The notes under the pieces: model-generated | Databases searched by the model: none | The model's input: the letters and a program-made list of their open reading frames with translations, nothing else | What the model was told of the DNA's origin: nothing | Shown here: in pieces, positions 12,193 to 24,954 of the stretch | Position numbering within the stretch: position 1 is the first letter of the stretch | Layout: each line of letters begins with the position of its first letter | Program-made: the position numbers and the translations under genes | Source: Octopus vulgaris | Lineage: Eukaryota | Assembly: GCA_951406725.2 (NCBI GenBank) | Contig: OX597817.1 | Coordinates: 126,728,001-126,792,000, forward strand | Direction of reading: 5' to 3' | DNA: 64,000 nt

Positions 12193-13474
12193 CGAGGGGC
12201 GTTCAATAAGTAATGCCCCTGACCCACTTCCCATACCAGTAGAGCAACGGAACTTGGCACAGTTATTGGTCTTTTTCTACATAGGAACCACTCAGAGTTA
12301 CGCATTTCTCTCATCGTTTGATCCAGCTCTGGAGACCGTTTTTGTAAAAGACCCCAGCTTGGTCCTCCATCCACGACGTGACTTTAGAAATCAAGGCTGC
12401 ATCATCTGGGAAATGCTTTCCTTTCAAAAACAACTTCATGGTTGGGAAGAGGTGAAAATCAGAGGGTGCAAGGTCAGGAGAGTAGGGGGTTGGGAGAGGA
12501 GTTCATAGCCGCACGCCTGTGCTTCTGATCTGGCGACACGCGAGTTGTGGACCGGAGCGTTGTCCTGCAGGAGGAGGATGCCTTCGCTGATCTTGCCCCG
12601 CCTCTTGATTTTGATAGCTTCTCTTAATTTCCTCAAAAGTGAAGCATAATAGGCTCCTGTAATTGTGGTACCCTTTGCCAGGAAATCTGTCATCACTACT
12701 CCGTCCTGGTCCCAGAAGACTGTGTGCATGACCTTGCCAGCAGAAGGCTGCACCCTTGCCTTCTTTGGAGGAGGTGAGTCACGGTGCTTCTACTGCATTG
12801 ACTGGGCTTTGGTCTCTAGATCATAGTGATGGACCCAGGTTTCATCCTGTGTAATCAGTCTTTTGAAAAAGTTTGACTCATCTTCTTGGTACGTCTCCAA
12901 ATTCATCCTCGAGCACTGGACGCGTTCTTGCTTCTGGAAAGGTGTGAGCAGCCTGGGAATCCATCTGGCAGACACCTTTTGCATATGCAAATGGTCATGA
13001 ATGATAGTTTCCACTGACCCGGTACTAATATTGACCTCATGGGCTATTTGGCGAATAGTTATGCGTCGATCTTCCAAAATGGCAGCCTCAACTTGACGGA
13101 CAGATGCCTCATCAATGGCAGAAGGGGGTCGACCAGATCTGGGAGCTGTTTCCACAGAGTTCCGACCATGTGTGAATTCACGATGCCAGCGTTTTACAAG
13201 GTCATATGATGGGGCATCATCACCATAAGTTACTTTCATTTCATCAAAAGTCTTCCGTGGTGTGCGTCCTTTCAAATACAAAAACCGGATCACTGCTCGA
13301 CACTCAACAGGCTCCATTTCACACTTGACTCAGTTCAAACACCTGTAAATCAGAAACCATAATTAGTTCAGAGCTGTAATTTGCCGCCTAATCTATAGAG
13401 ATATAAGTAATTGCACATGCAAAATTTCAACACCTGGAAGTGGGTCTGAGGCATTACTTATTGAACGTCCCTCG
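12193..13474 (-). mobile_element. Full-length mariner (DD34D) transposon with TIRs and TA target duplications
   Basis: TA|cgaggggcgttcaataagtaatgcc ... ggcattacttattgaacgtccctcg|TA. Transposase pseudogene inside. Confidence 0.97.
12263..13317 (-). pseudogene. Mariner transposase with nonsense codons and one frameshift
   Basis: HTH region, WIPRLL, ITQDETWVHHYD, LLQDNAPVH, and YSPDLAPSDFHLFP after a frameshift near 12490. TAG at 12790-12792 in place of W. Confidence 0.95.
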
Positions 13475-14888
13475 TATAAACACAAAACTGAGTCTACATT
13501 AAAATAAAATTGACTGGTAATTATTCAGTCAAACTTTTCGTTAAAGAAAATTGTGCGCTGTTCATTGCTCGGCCACCTCCACCACCGACAAAATAATTGC
13601 TACATCTGGCTACAGTAGAAAATGACGCGATAGATATCGCGGGGAATATTTCTATTGTTTTAGTTAGTATAGTTCACTCGTTGCAGTTGTTTGGACAACG
13701 GCAAAAGACAGTAAACATTTATAGTAACGACTTTCCAAGAACGCTGTCTTAGTAATTGTAATGATATTGACAGCAATAGCGGATCAATGACGATATTAGT
13801 AACATTATTAAAACTTTAAGGGTATAAAATTAGAAAAAAACAGAGTGAAGGGGAAATGAGGTAAGGAAAAGGGGGTAGGGGAAAGTAAAATACTGAAGAG
13901 AAGGAGTAACAGGAAGTTGGTGGAAGAGGTGAGACGACAAAAACAGATATATAATAAAGAATGGATAACTAAGTAAAGCCAATACTCACATACGAACATT
14001 AATATATGGAAACCGATTGCTCATTCTTTAAATCTACAGAACATATACTAGGATGTATATACACATTGATGGGATTGATATACAGAAAGATTACTTGCTA
14101 TTTATTAATGTTATTGACATTCAAATTAATATGCAAGAACGTACTGAATAATTTTACTGAAAATACCGATGAAATATTTGTATGCACAAATTATGAATAC
14201 GATAAATTTGAGTGGTCCCTGAGTTTATCGAACACTTTTGGAAAGAGCAATGCCCATTCCGTCACTTTAGCTGGAGTCTACAAAAATTTTCACTTTACCT
14301 TTCCCCACGTTTAAGTTGTTAGTAACAAAACAAATGTGTTGTATCAGTGTGTATGGTCATTCCAAGAATATAGCATATTTTTGAAACATGTTCAAATGTC
14401 AATGTGGCCAGAGTTAGGGAAGAAAGTTTACAAAATCGCTAATCAGAAAATTCTCAAAATATTGTCAGCCTGAGGGAACTCTTAGTAAGGGTATGAATGC
14501 TGTTACAAATTTTGAAACGTATATGATGTATTTCTGGAAATTAACAATAATAAGCATCCGTAATTCTTATAAAAATGTATTGATGTATGATGTAAATACA
14601 TAAAATCCCAGTGATAAATATATTTATCATATTTTGAAGAAAACATTATAAATTTCTTTTTTCTCCTTCCGCAATTAAAAAAAAAAAATTCCGTTCCAAA
14701 TCATGAAAATTTGCCTGGCAATGAAAGTCAGTTTGATTTCTTTTTTAAAATTTTTCATACACTCATTTTTATTAAAATTTACTTTCAGTTTAGCATTGTG
14801 CCTTATTATTTTTTCCTCTCCTATCATTTCTCAACGTGCGGCTAACACAACCCCACGATTTTCTAACTTATATATATATATATATATT

Positions 14889-15050
14889 GTGATAGATCGC
14901 TAGCCATTACACGTCCTTTATTTTCTCTCCTTGTTTCTTTCTGTGGAAGAGCTTAGGATGGGAACGTTAAATAATTTTCACTTCCCGACAGTTAAACTAA
15001 TGCATCTGTTGGTTGTCTACACCACCTGTCTTTTTTTGTGAATTCTCCCA
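14889..15050 (+). mobile_element. Penelope-like terminal-repeat fragment with decayed hammerhead motif
   Basis: gatagatcgctagccattacac..tttctgtggaagagcttaggatgggaacgttaaa is homologous to the minus-strand terminal repeat at 60620-60800. Confidence 0.7.
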
Positions 15051-15489
15051 TACATATGTACGTACACACACACACACATATATATATATAACCGTTGACC
15101 GAGTAACAGTTATATATATATAACTTGAACAGACGCCCATCTCAATACATATACATACACATATACACACACACAGACAGTCTACACACTTACATAGATA
15201 CATAAATATACACATGCGTGTATGTTTATATGCGTTCATGCATGTGCATTTACACATATAGAAACATATATACACACATGCATACATACATACATAAACA
15301 CATATATACCATGAAATAATTGTTACTTTCTGAGAAACGGCACGAAGCTTTGTCAGTGAACAGGTCGCGGATTCAAAGCGACGAAAATACTTTGACACAA
15401 ATGAAATTCAAATGTTTAATTGAAACTAGCGGTTTTTGTATGTTCGGGTATGGCTTACAAACATCTTCCACGCTGTAGTCTTTCAATGG

Positions 15490-16245
15490 TCAACAGGACA
15501 TTTTATACCACGACGACAACGGCAACACATTTTCTATATGACTATCTATTTCTCTGTGAGTGTATATGTGTTAGTATATGACTGTAAATATGTCTTAGTG
15601 TGTGCCTTTGCGCGTTAGATACATTATTAAACATACACTTATGTACACATATATGTACATATGTCACGATTGACATTCGTGAATGTATGCCTGCATGTGT
15701 CTACCTTACTATATGTATGTGAGCGCTATTCAGTCTCAATACGGAATTCTATCTTACTATATATGAGGAATGACCAGTATCAATACGAAATTTTATTTTC
15801 ATTTTGATTAATACAATATAACATTTCATAAATATATTTTTCTATTGTCAACAGAACATGTTATACCTCGATGACAACGAGATCACATTTTCTATATAAC
15901 TGTGTGTGTATCTGTGAGTGTAAGTGTGTAAGTGTATGGGCGTGTACATGTCTCATAGTAATGGTGTCTCTCAGCATTAAGTACTTTATTAAACATACAC
16001 ATATATACACATATATAACGACTGACATAGGGTAACGTATGTCTCTGTTTGGCTATTTTAGTATACGTTATCTAGTGTATGTCAGGGCCATTTTATTCTA
16101 TAACGACGACGACGTCACATTTTGTATATGAGTGTATATCTGTCTGTGAGTTTGTGTGTTTCCGCGCTACGTGCGTTATTACACATACACATGTACACAA
16201 ACATATACATATGTGACAACAGACTTACACTAATGTATGAACGTG
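15490..16245. repeat. Degenerate tandem repeat, three units starting ~15490, ~15848, ~16082
   Basis: Recurring blocks caacagRacatKttatacc.cgaYgacaacg..cacattttctatat..tctgtgagt..ttattaaacatacac. Confidence 0.7.
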
Positions 16246-18199
16246 AGTTCTGGAGGTGAAACTCTTGAAAAATATGTAGTGGCAAGGAAAAGGTATATAT
16301 AAAAATACACATTTACTCTTTCGTTACCAGTTAATAATTATCGCAGTATTTGTAAGGGTGCCAGGTATTTACAATTGCATATTTGCCCTTACATTAAGAA
16401 TTTCATCCTATATATATATATAATTCTTTGTCATTCTGTAATAATTATTGAGGCATTTGCCGTTAAATTAGCAGTTCCATACATGTACTTCTATTTTGTT
16501 CATTTTACTATATTTCGTTAATTTACACTGCATACAAAAATACAGACATACTTTATACATACCACGTGGTAAGCCATTATGTCTTCTTTTTTTCAAGTAA
16601 TTCATATATATATATATATATATACAAACTATACTATTTTATTCCCCAACAGCGCCTGGTGTCTCTGCTAGTTAATTAATAAATTGTTTTGAAAAGTATC
16701 ACATACCTGACTGAGTATGTAAATGCTACTTTGGGGTGAGGATTGGAAAAATAACTAATAAAAGGGACCGTCAATCATATAGTTTATCATTGTGGAAGAA
16801 TCAAATTATAATGAATGTTCTCCATTTTCCCCTGATGAACTAAATGTGTAATGTCCCACATTTAGTGTAATATGAGATCTATTTGATAAAGAGCAGATTA
16901 GCTTCTATGCAAATGTTGAGAGAGTTGGTTGTCTGCCGGTAAAGTTATACACATCTGGTGAATACGAGAATAGGAAATGATAGTGCACTTATCTACTTTT
17001 ATTAAATCAAAATAATGGATGAAAATGGGCCCCGTATTTTACCTCTATAGTGATCTTCAACTTATGAACAGCAAGATTTACCCTAGAAAATGTTTGATTT
17101 GTATGTACAAACTGAAAGGTGATTATCATAATCGATTAAAACTTCCTTTAATAGATTATGTGTTCACATTTGCAAACATTAGGAAAATATATTAACATGA
17201 AGTCAATACAAAAGTTCTGCCAACGAAATTGTTTTACATACAAATTTAACACGCTCTACATCATGAAATTTCGAACGTTTATTTAGTTATACAAGGCTAC
17301 TTGAAATTGTTAACAAATAGTCCTTTTTCTATTGCACAACAAATTCTCGATCTACTACCGAAAATGTAAAACCCGTAAGATCTTGCATTTTTATATGCTT
17401 ATCCAGTGAATGTAAATCTATTCTCAAAAATGCTAATGAAATATTGCCAGTTTAAGCAGAGATAGTGGTGAGATACTTCTTTTTTGAGGAAGTGTAGTTT
17501 TGAGCAACAAAGGTTAATTATGCAATAAATTTATATTGGTACATATAATTATGTATTGTATTTCAAGCAATAATAGTAACGTGAAATGGAATATTAAAAG
17601 GGGAATAATAGCTAATATTGAGTGCTTTTTAATACTCTTTACTCAACAACTGAAATGTACTTGATACAATATCAATATAATATTTTTCATAAATATATTA
17701 CTATCAAATATCATCACTAAAAATACGCAAAAATTGGTGTTTTGGAAAATTATAATCATCGAGCAATTTCTATATAATTCTTTCAGGTTGAATAAGCTAT
17801 TTACAAGGTTCTTATTCAATAAATGCCCAAATGTATCCCTTTATAAGCATAACATAAGTCGTAGGAAATTACTTTCATCTATGATAAATTTTATATTAAT
17901 ACAGGAGATGATGTGTAACAACACTTCTTCGTTTAAGGTATTTCCGTGCAAATTTCTGAATTTCTTTAAAATTATTCGTTTAATTTCCGCCTTTTGTAAT
18001 ATCCAAAATCACCCCAGGTAGGTTATTGTAACGATTATCTAGATACACACTTTGAAATATGAAGTGTATATTGAGTTTGCAAATGCACCTGAATTTTAAT
18101 CAGCTATTGAATATATTCGAAAATTAAGGGAATAAATATCGAGGAAGTAGCATAACATTGGTTCGGAGTTTGTCGAAACCTGTAGAATGAAAATCAGTT

Positions 18200-18232
18200 G
18201 GGCACGTGGCGTGTGGTAAGAAGTTTGCTTCC
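18200..18232 (+). mobile_element. 5' head of a family-A SINE directly abutting ORF1-only element copy 2
   Basis: gggcacgtggcgtgtggtaagaagtttgcttcc matches the SINE heads at 9411 and 5783 and breaks at nearly the same position. Confidence 0.7.
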
Positions 18233-19550
18233 ACTACGCATGCGCGAGTAATTGTGGTGTTTGGCACCAAAGTAGGGAGGCGTGCTTTTGAAGCCGTCTT
18301 GACTTGAAAAATTTTGAAGCTCCACTGTAAGGTAAGATTCTGTTTTTGGGGTCCAGTCGGTATTTTTGTTGAGAGTTGTTTTCATGTACTGGCAGGAAGT
18401 CCTACTGGATTCAGAATTCTGGATCTACCTGCATGTAGCGAATATTTTTTCTCGCTTAATTGTGAGAATTTGGTGGGGGGCGTATTCGTCTTCTTAGTTA
18501 GCGGTTTATGTTAAGTGAATATTTTTCTCACTTAATTATGAGAATTGCTGCTTGGAGGAGTATTGTTCCTACTAAAAAATCTGTTCACTTTTTGAAGAAT
18601 TTTAAAATAATTTTCAGAATTGCTGCTTGGGGGAGTGTCTTTGCCTCCGACGATTGAAGAATTTGTATACCAGTTTTTGTGGAAGTTGTATTCCAGTTGT
18701 GGCGCTCTGGGTTCAACCTAGACCGGGAGTAGCGAATGGCCGGAAGATTTCTTTTCTGTGTTTCTGAAATATTGACTTTCTTTCTTCTAAACTTTATTTG
18801 ACTTTCTCTTTTTCGTGAATTGTGTCCTTTTCTCCTTTCCATTATTATTGTGACTTTCTTTTGATATCTTTTTTCTTCTCTCTTTTTAAGTTTTATTTTG
18901 AATTATTTTCGAAACGTTTAAAAAGAAGGGAAACATGGCAATGAAAACGGACAAAGTTTTGGGGTGGGAGATTATACCGCCCAAAAAGTGGTTGAAAGAC
19001 CGTGAAAATAGGGCGGTGATGTTGAGAACCTACTCCAAGTTACTCGACACCATCGCCCTATTCGAAAAGACGGCATTTGGAAAGGAACTGGCAGAGTATT
19101 TCCAACAATTAAATTCATTTCCAGGAGTGTCAAATACGCAACGGTGTGATTGCTATTTGATACACCTGAAAAGGCTCGCAAATTTTCGAGTCAGCCCTTG
19201 GAGAGCGAGGAAATTTTGTTTCTTCCCACGTATTGTGGGAGAAAGTTGACGAAAGCTTGGATCCGGGGGTTGCCACCCGGGATAAAACCCGAGTGGATAA
19301 AGGAGACTATCCGCCGGGGTCTGGGTGGCAGCGAAACCAAGCTTCTTAATGTGAATTTTTTTCTGTGGCTGATTGGGTTGGGTCAAATGCTGTTTTGACC
19401 CTTTGGATCCAATCAGGCAATCTGGTTTATCCAGATTTTTTGAAAATGGCCGGGTGCAGGTACCCGGTGATTCTTGACGCCCCCCCCATCACGGTGTCAT
19501 CGGTGCCTGGAATCTTGCCATATAAAGAAAAACTGTCCCCAGGAACAAAA
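18233..19550 (+). mobile_element. ORF1-like retroelement, copy 2 (diverged, 3'-truncated); ORF from 18935
   Basis: MAMKTDKVLGWEIIPPKKWLKD.., LLFDTPEKARKFSSQPLESEEILFLPTYCGRKLTKAWIRGLPPG, LKMAGCRYPVIL, RCHRCLESCHIKKNCP. Collinear with 9902-10500. Confidence 0.85.
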
Positions 19551-19551
19551 T

Positions 19552-20200
19552 AATTGCCTATTTCCTCGATCCATCGGTTGAAATTATTGGGGGTAGTTCT
19601 CAGTGGACCTTTAACTACAGTGATACATTTTACCCGAAATTTCCATAGTCTCTGTAATCCAATGGCTAGGAACCGGTACTTTTCTATTTTTTCTACATCT
19701 CTTATTGACCTTCCCATCATTTGGGTCTGTGAAGTCAATTATCTGGTACTTTCTATTCTCTTTATCTACTATTACTACACCAGGCTTTCTAGCGTCTATT
19801 ACTCTGTCAGTCTGAATATTAAGATCCCTTAATATCTTTTATTTCTTACCTTCTAATACCTTACAAGATTCACGTTCATTCTACTTATCAGTATGTTCAA
19901 ATCCTAGCTTTCAACATAATTCCAAGTGGATTACTCACCCTAGTTTGTCTGGTTATTTGATATTTTCTCTATAACTTTCACATTGATTTTGTCACCATTT
20001 GAGACTGTAAAGTTGATTATTTGGCACTTTCTATTCTCTTTATCTACTACTACTAAGTCTCGGCATTCTAATATGTATTACTCTGTCAGTCGGAATGTTA
20101 AAGTTCCATGACATCCTACATTTCTTACTTTCTACTAGGTTCGCTTTAATACCATTTATCAGTACGTTCAAATCCTATCTTTCTACATTCAGTGCCAGCA
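19552..20200 (-). mobile_element. R4/Dong-like RLE endonuclease fragments, partly duplicated in tandem
   Basis: Minus: KILRDLNIQTDRVIDARKPGVVIVDKENRKYQIIDF..EKIEKYRFLAIGLQRLWK..VVKGPL. A second diverged copy of the same block lies at ~20015-20190. Confidence 0.85.
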
Positions 20201-20589
20201 TACCACATTCTTTTACTATATGAGGTAATCTTCTATTACATAAGATTTAACTGATAAGAAAATCGTTAGAGAAGTTATAAATAAATTACGTATAAATATA
20301 AGATTGCATTTTCCCATACGTTCTTTAATGCAATGTTAGCCTGAATATATTTTCAAATGTAACAATGCTTGAGTGATATTCTAAAACAAGATTCTCCAAA
20401 CTTATTGGAAACCACGTAAGTAGATATTGCGATTTGTGAAAACCTAACAGAGCACAAATATGTGCTTCAGCCTGACAGGAATGAAATTATTAGTAATTAC
20501 TCTTATTTAGTTGCGAATCAAAATTGTGTGAAAATGTATATCATACATGGGCATATTCCAGAAATTTCGCTATCATTATTCATTTTATT

Positions 20590-20650
20590 TTTATTATTAT
20601 TATTGTTATTATTATTATTATTATTATTGCTGTTGTTGTTGTTGTTGTTG

Positions 20651-20732
<82 letters not shown>

Positions 20733-20733
20733 T

Positions 20734-20786
<53 letters not shown>

Positions 20787-20790
20787 TGAT
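20590..20790. repeat. Compound (TTA)n/(GTT)n/(TAA)n microsatellite
   Basis: Direct observation. Confidence 0.95.
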
Positions 20791-20874
20791 CATACATTAT
20801 CATGGTGATTCGTGGAATTGCATAATGAATACAGTCTCAGATTAAATGAAGTAGATTATTTAATTGTATTAATT

Positions 20875-20975
20875 TACCGTCTGAGTTAGAATCTCGCTGA
20901 AATAAATTCTGCTTTCATCATTCGGAATGTGATTAAATAAGTACTAATCAAATACTTATTTCTATTCATCAAGAT
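20875..20975 (+). mobile_element. Degenerate family-B SINE fragment
   Basis: ctgagttagaatctcgctga..gctttcatcattcgg..taaataagtact. Confidence 0.6.
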
Positions 20976-22380
20976 ACACTTCTTCCTCAAAACTGCCATT
21001 TTCTGAAAATGATAGCAATCATTATCAATGATGATATTTCAATCGTTACATTAACAGTATAAATTTGCCCCAAATCAGACTGGATAGAAATACTAAGTGG
21101 ATGTATTTGAATTTAGAGTTGGCATTAATGTGGCAAATAGTCATTTTGATTTCATAGAGAGGTTTCTAATAACTGCATTTTTGCCTGAAGAAAAAAAACC
21201 GAAGTGTCCATAATTTACTCATAACATAGGTAATAAACGCAGTAATGTATTTATTACGAATCTCTAGTTTCTCGGGAATCACTAAAGCATTCAATTTATA
21301 ATGTTTACTAACTTTGGCACACGGCTACTTAATTTTGGGTAGAATATATGAGATTAAAAGGCGCCAGTACTTTATGGCTTTGGACACAGAAGTATAAAAG
21401 GCAAAGATGGTCCTGACGATATTGAAAGTATAACGTAAAATATATTAACTAAGGACGACAATATATTTTTTCTGATGCACCTTTGATTCTGTATAACTCG
21501 TATTTATTTATTTATTATGCACCTATATTTGAATACTTTTAAAGTTCTCAAAATAACAATCATTTAAATTGTATAATGAATAGTTTGATGTACATAATTT
21601 ACAGTAACGTATGTAAAATTCGCGCATTTGGATGGCATGGGTTAGATTACGTTGGTTAGACGAAATAATAACCATCTGAATATCTATATACCTTGTGTTA
21701 AATTAGGAATTAAATGTAATATCTAGCGTAGGATTACCCTCTCGGTTTCTCATACTTTTAATCCTTGTTCATCTTCGTGTAATAGAAAGAGGAATATCAA
21801 CTTTTACAGGAAAATATTGCTATATCGGCAGGTTAATATGCGATCAGATTTCTAATGATGTAACAGCAATATATTTTCTGCAACCAGAAATGTTTTCTAA
21901 TGAGTTCAAGATCACCATTGCGCTGTAAACGTTTATAAGTAGTTGCATATATTTCTTTCACATTTCATTAAATTGAATGTCAAACGGGAACGTAACATTG
22001 ATTTGAGCAAGATTTATTGTGCAGATCGATACTGTAAAGTCAAGATTAGATGTCTTGCTTGTTATCAAACATAGATACTATATTCAGTGTAGCAGCAATT
22101 TATTACAGACAATCAAAACACATTCATTGGATTGTATATGAGAACAGCAACCGAGTGAAGTATAACAGTTATTACACAAATCTGTCAACTGACTTCCATA
22201 GCTATACCAAACTGATGTAATGAAATTAAACATATCATTCCTTTTGGCGATATGAATTTAGTAGCTATAAACGCCCAACTGAAACTGCAGTTTTTTGTTT
22301 TTTTACAAAATATTCACTCAATGGAATTCTTATCAGTATTTGCACACAGGTAACTAGATTGAAACTTAGAATGTATATAT

Positions 22381-22590
22381 ATAGTTGAAAATCCCTTATC
22401 CGAAATTCACGGGACCGAACGTGTCGCAGATCTCAGATTTATCTTCAGGTTTCGAAGTATTTTTATATTTGAATTCATAAAAATGAGATGGATTGGGAGT
22501 GAGACACAAGTATAAAAACAATAACCATATTTATTTCAAAATACAGATTGTACATATAATTTCAATCCAATTATATATATTCTTAAGTAA
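22381..22590 (+). mobile_element. pogo/Tigger-like transposon end (resembles Tigger4/MER46 terminus)
   Basis: tagttgaaaatcccttatccgaaattcacgggacc..aatgagatggattgggagtgagacacaagtataaa, starting at a TA tract. Similarity is from memory of the consensus, not from a search. Confidence 0.6.
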
Positions 22591-23694
22591 ATACCAATAT
22601 CAGAAATTTAGTATATCAGTATGCGTCTACTATTTGTTTGGAGTAAAAATTTGATCAATTCGTATGCTAGTGTCACAGCATTGCTATCTGCCGCTTTAAA
22701 TAGGGAATATTTCATGCCGTTCAGTATCCATATATTTTTGTAACTCGCCTGTCAAATATTCACAGATGGCTTCAATCTGTGAAAAGATATGTGTTTCTTG
22801 TGGCTTCAATTTTATTGACAAATACTTAACTGTGAAATACTTAACATTAAAGATTTAAATATTTAGGAAATTTCACATACGCTTTAATAAATATGGTTAT
22901 TGATATATTCAGGTATGTGTGTAACAGTACCGCAGCTGCGTTCATGTGTATATGTGTACGTCTGGTGTGTACAGATATAAGATTGGTATGTGCATCAGTC
23001 ATTTACGTGTCCTGAGATGCAGAGGTATAGACGTGGAGATGTGCAGTACATGTTGCCACGAATTGGCGACAACATTTGCAAGGAGTAACCAGATCGTTGG
23101 CGTTGCCGATGTACACACGAGTCCTATGTGTGTATACAAAAGACGCACATACAGAATCGAATGTATGCGTATGTATGTCTTATACACTTACATGCCCTGA
23201 TGCAAATACATATACACGGAACGACACACAAACGCGAATACCACATACGAGGAAGAGCACTCACACCGGAAGTACGTGTGTCTAAACGCTCACTCACCAC
23301 ATATGCGCACGCATACACACAAACAGCAAATATTATTGCGCACTTATACGAGCACATACATGTGCATACACAACAGATTTCCAGGCGCAGGCACTAGATA
23401 AAGACTCTTACATTTAAGGTACACACACGCATATACACACCTACAACCTGATGCCGCCAACAGATGCGCACCTCCGCGTTCACACGGTTGCATGTTTGTG
23501 TATGTGTGTGTGTGTGTGTGTTTGTGAGGTGAGAGAGAAATATGCCTTCATACACACACACAAGCATGCACGCACACACATGCACATATATAAAGACACA
23601 CCCACATATATTTATGCATTTATTCACGCTTGCATATACGGATATCGTTTATGTGTTCCTTTCAAATTTTGACAGAAGGTTATCAAATTCGAGT

Positions 23695-23850
23695 GAGAGG
23701 GAAGTTGATTTTATCGGCATCAGTACTCAACTGATAATTATTTTGTGGATCCCGAGAGGATGAAAGGCAAAGTCTTCTCTAGCGGCATTTGAACTCAAAA
23801 CGTAAATATGCCTCCCGGCGTGCTAATGGTTTTGGTAGCTCACCACCTTG
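23695..23850 (-). mobile_element. Family-B SINE, degenerate
   Basis: gatgaaaggcaaagtc..ggcatttgaactcaaaacgt..ggcgtgctaatggttttggtagctcaccacctt is the reverse complement of the family-B head and body. Confidence 0.8.
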
Positions 23851-24071
23851 AGTAAACGAAACATTATCTTCAGGAATTGTACCACCACGATAGCTGGTAA
23901 AACAATGGAGAAATCTTGTTTCCTCTTTAAATAAATCCGAAGTGATAAATATTTCTAATGGAACATCCGAAACCTAAGTAAATTGCTATGGCTATGAGAC
24001 ACTATCCTTGATATACAGTAAATCTAGATACACCAAAAGCTTATTAGTAACCTTATTATTTGTGGCTTTAA

Positions 24072-24280
24072 AGGCGGCGAGTTGGCAGAATTGTTAGCAC
24101 GTCTGGCGAAATGCTTAGAGGTAAGTTCTGCCGCTACGTTCTGAGTTCAAATACCGCCAGGGTTGACTTTGCGTTTCACCCTTCGAGATTGGGGGAATAA
24201 GTACCAGTTACTCACTGGCGGCGACGTAATCGACTCAAATATTTTCAAGTTCAATATTTTCAAGTTCCTGGAGTAGAAAT
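24072..24280 (+). mobile_element. Family-B SINE
   Basis: aggcggcgagttggcagaattgttagcacg..ctgagttcaaataccgcc..gttgactttgcgtttcaccc..aataagtaccagt. Confidence 0.88.
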
Positions 24281-24469
24281 ATGTGTTTTATTTGTTTTGA
24301 ATTCCTAGCCATTCATTATTCGAGTCTATATTGTTTTATTAAATTGCTCTAACCGCACAAAGATAATTGGATAAATTAAACTCATCTCTAATATTTAAAT
24401 GTTACAAAAAATAACGGTGTGTACGAAGACAAGTTAGCAAATATATCACTGACTTTATCACATACATAT

Positions 24470-24523
<54 letters not shown>

Positions 24524-24632
24524 ATATATATGTATGTATATATTTATAATCAGAGTACGAGATAATACACTGTATTACTAGAAATAAGAGTAGAAAACTG
24601 CTCAAAAGCGCTTATATTATTATTATTATTAT

Positions 24633-24930
24633 TCTATGTTTGACTTTTGCTTTATATTTGTACAAGTTGGCTCCAAGTCTCACCCAGAGACCTCAGGAGA
24701 CAAAAGGTTGGAAGTTCATGTTGTTGTTATGCCTAGTGTGCCATATATTTGGGGGGGGGAGCTTTTGGTGTTGTACTAATGAATGTCTAACTTTTTATTT
24801 TTTTTTTTAAACCGAAAATTAGGTTTGTTTTAAACCTTGAGATTACATAGAAAGTATTTTGCGTAGGATATGAGCACTATCTTTTGAATTTCTGCCATTT
24901 TGAGGTTTCCTGGTATCTGAGTTAGGTAGC
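24633..24930 (-). mobile_element. 5'-truncated R4/Dong-like LINE 3' end embedded in (TAA)n
   Basis: Minus: YLTQIPGNLKMAEIQKIV..AHILRKILSM*, then 3' UTR. (TAA)n repeats on both sides. Confidence 0.8.
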
Positions 24931-24954
24931 TATTATTATCATTATTATTATTGT

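Noticed and set aside
14006-14314. 102-aa ORF in unique sequence
   Set aside because: No recognisable motif; roughly one ORF this long is plausible by chance in this much sequence.
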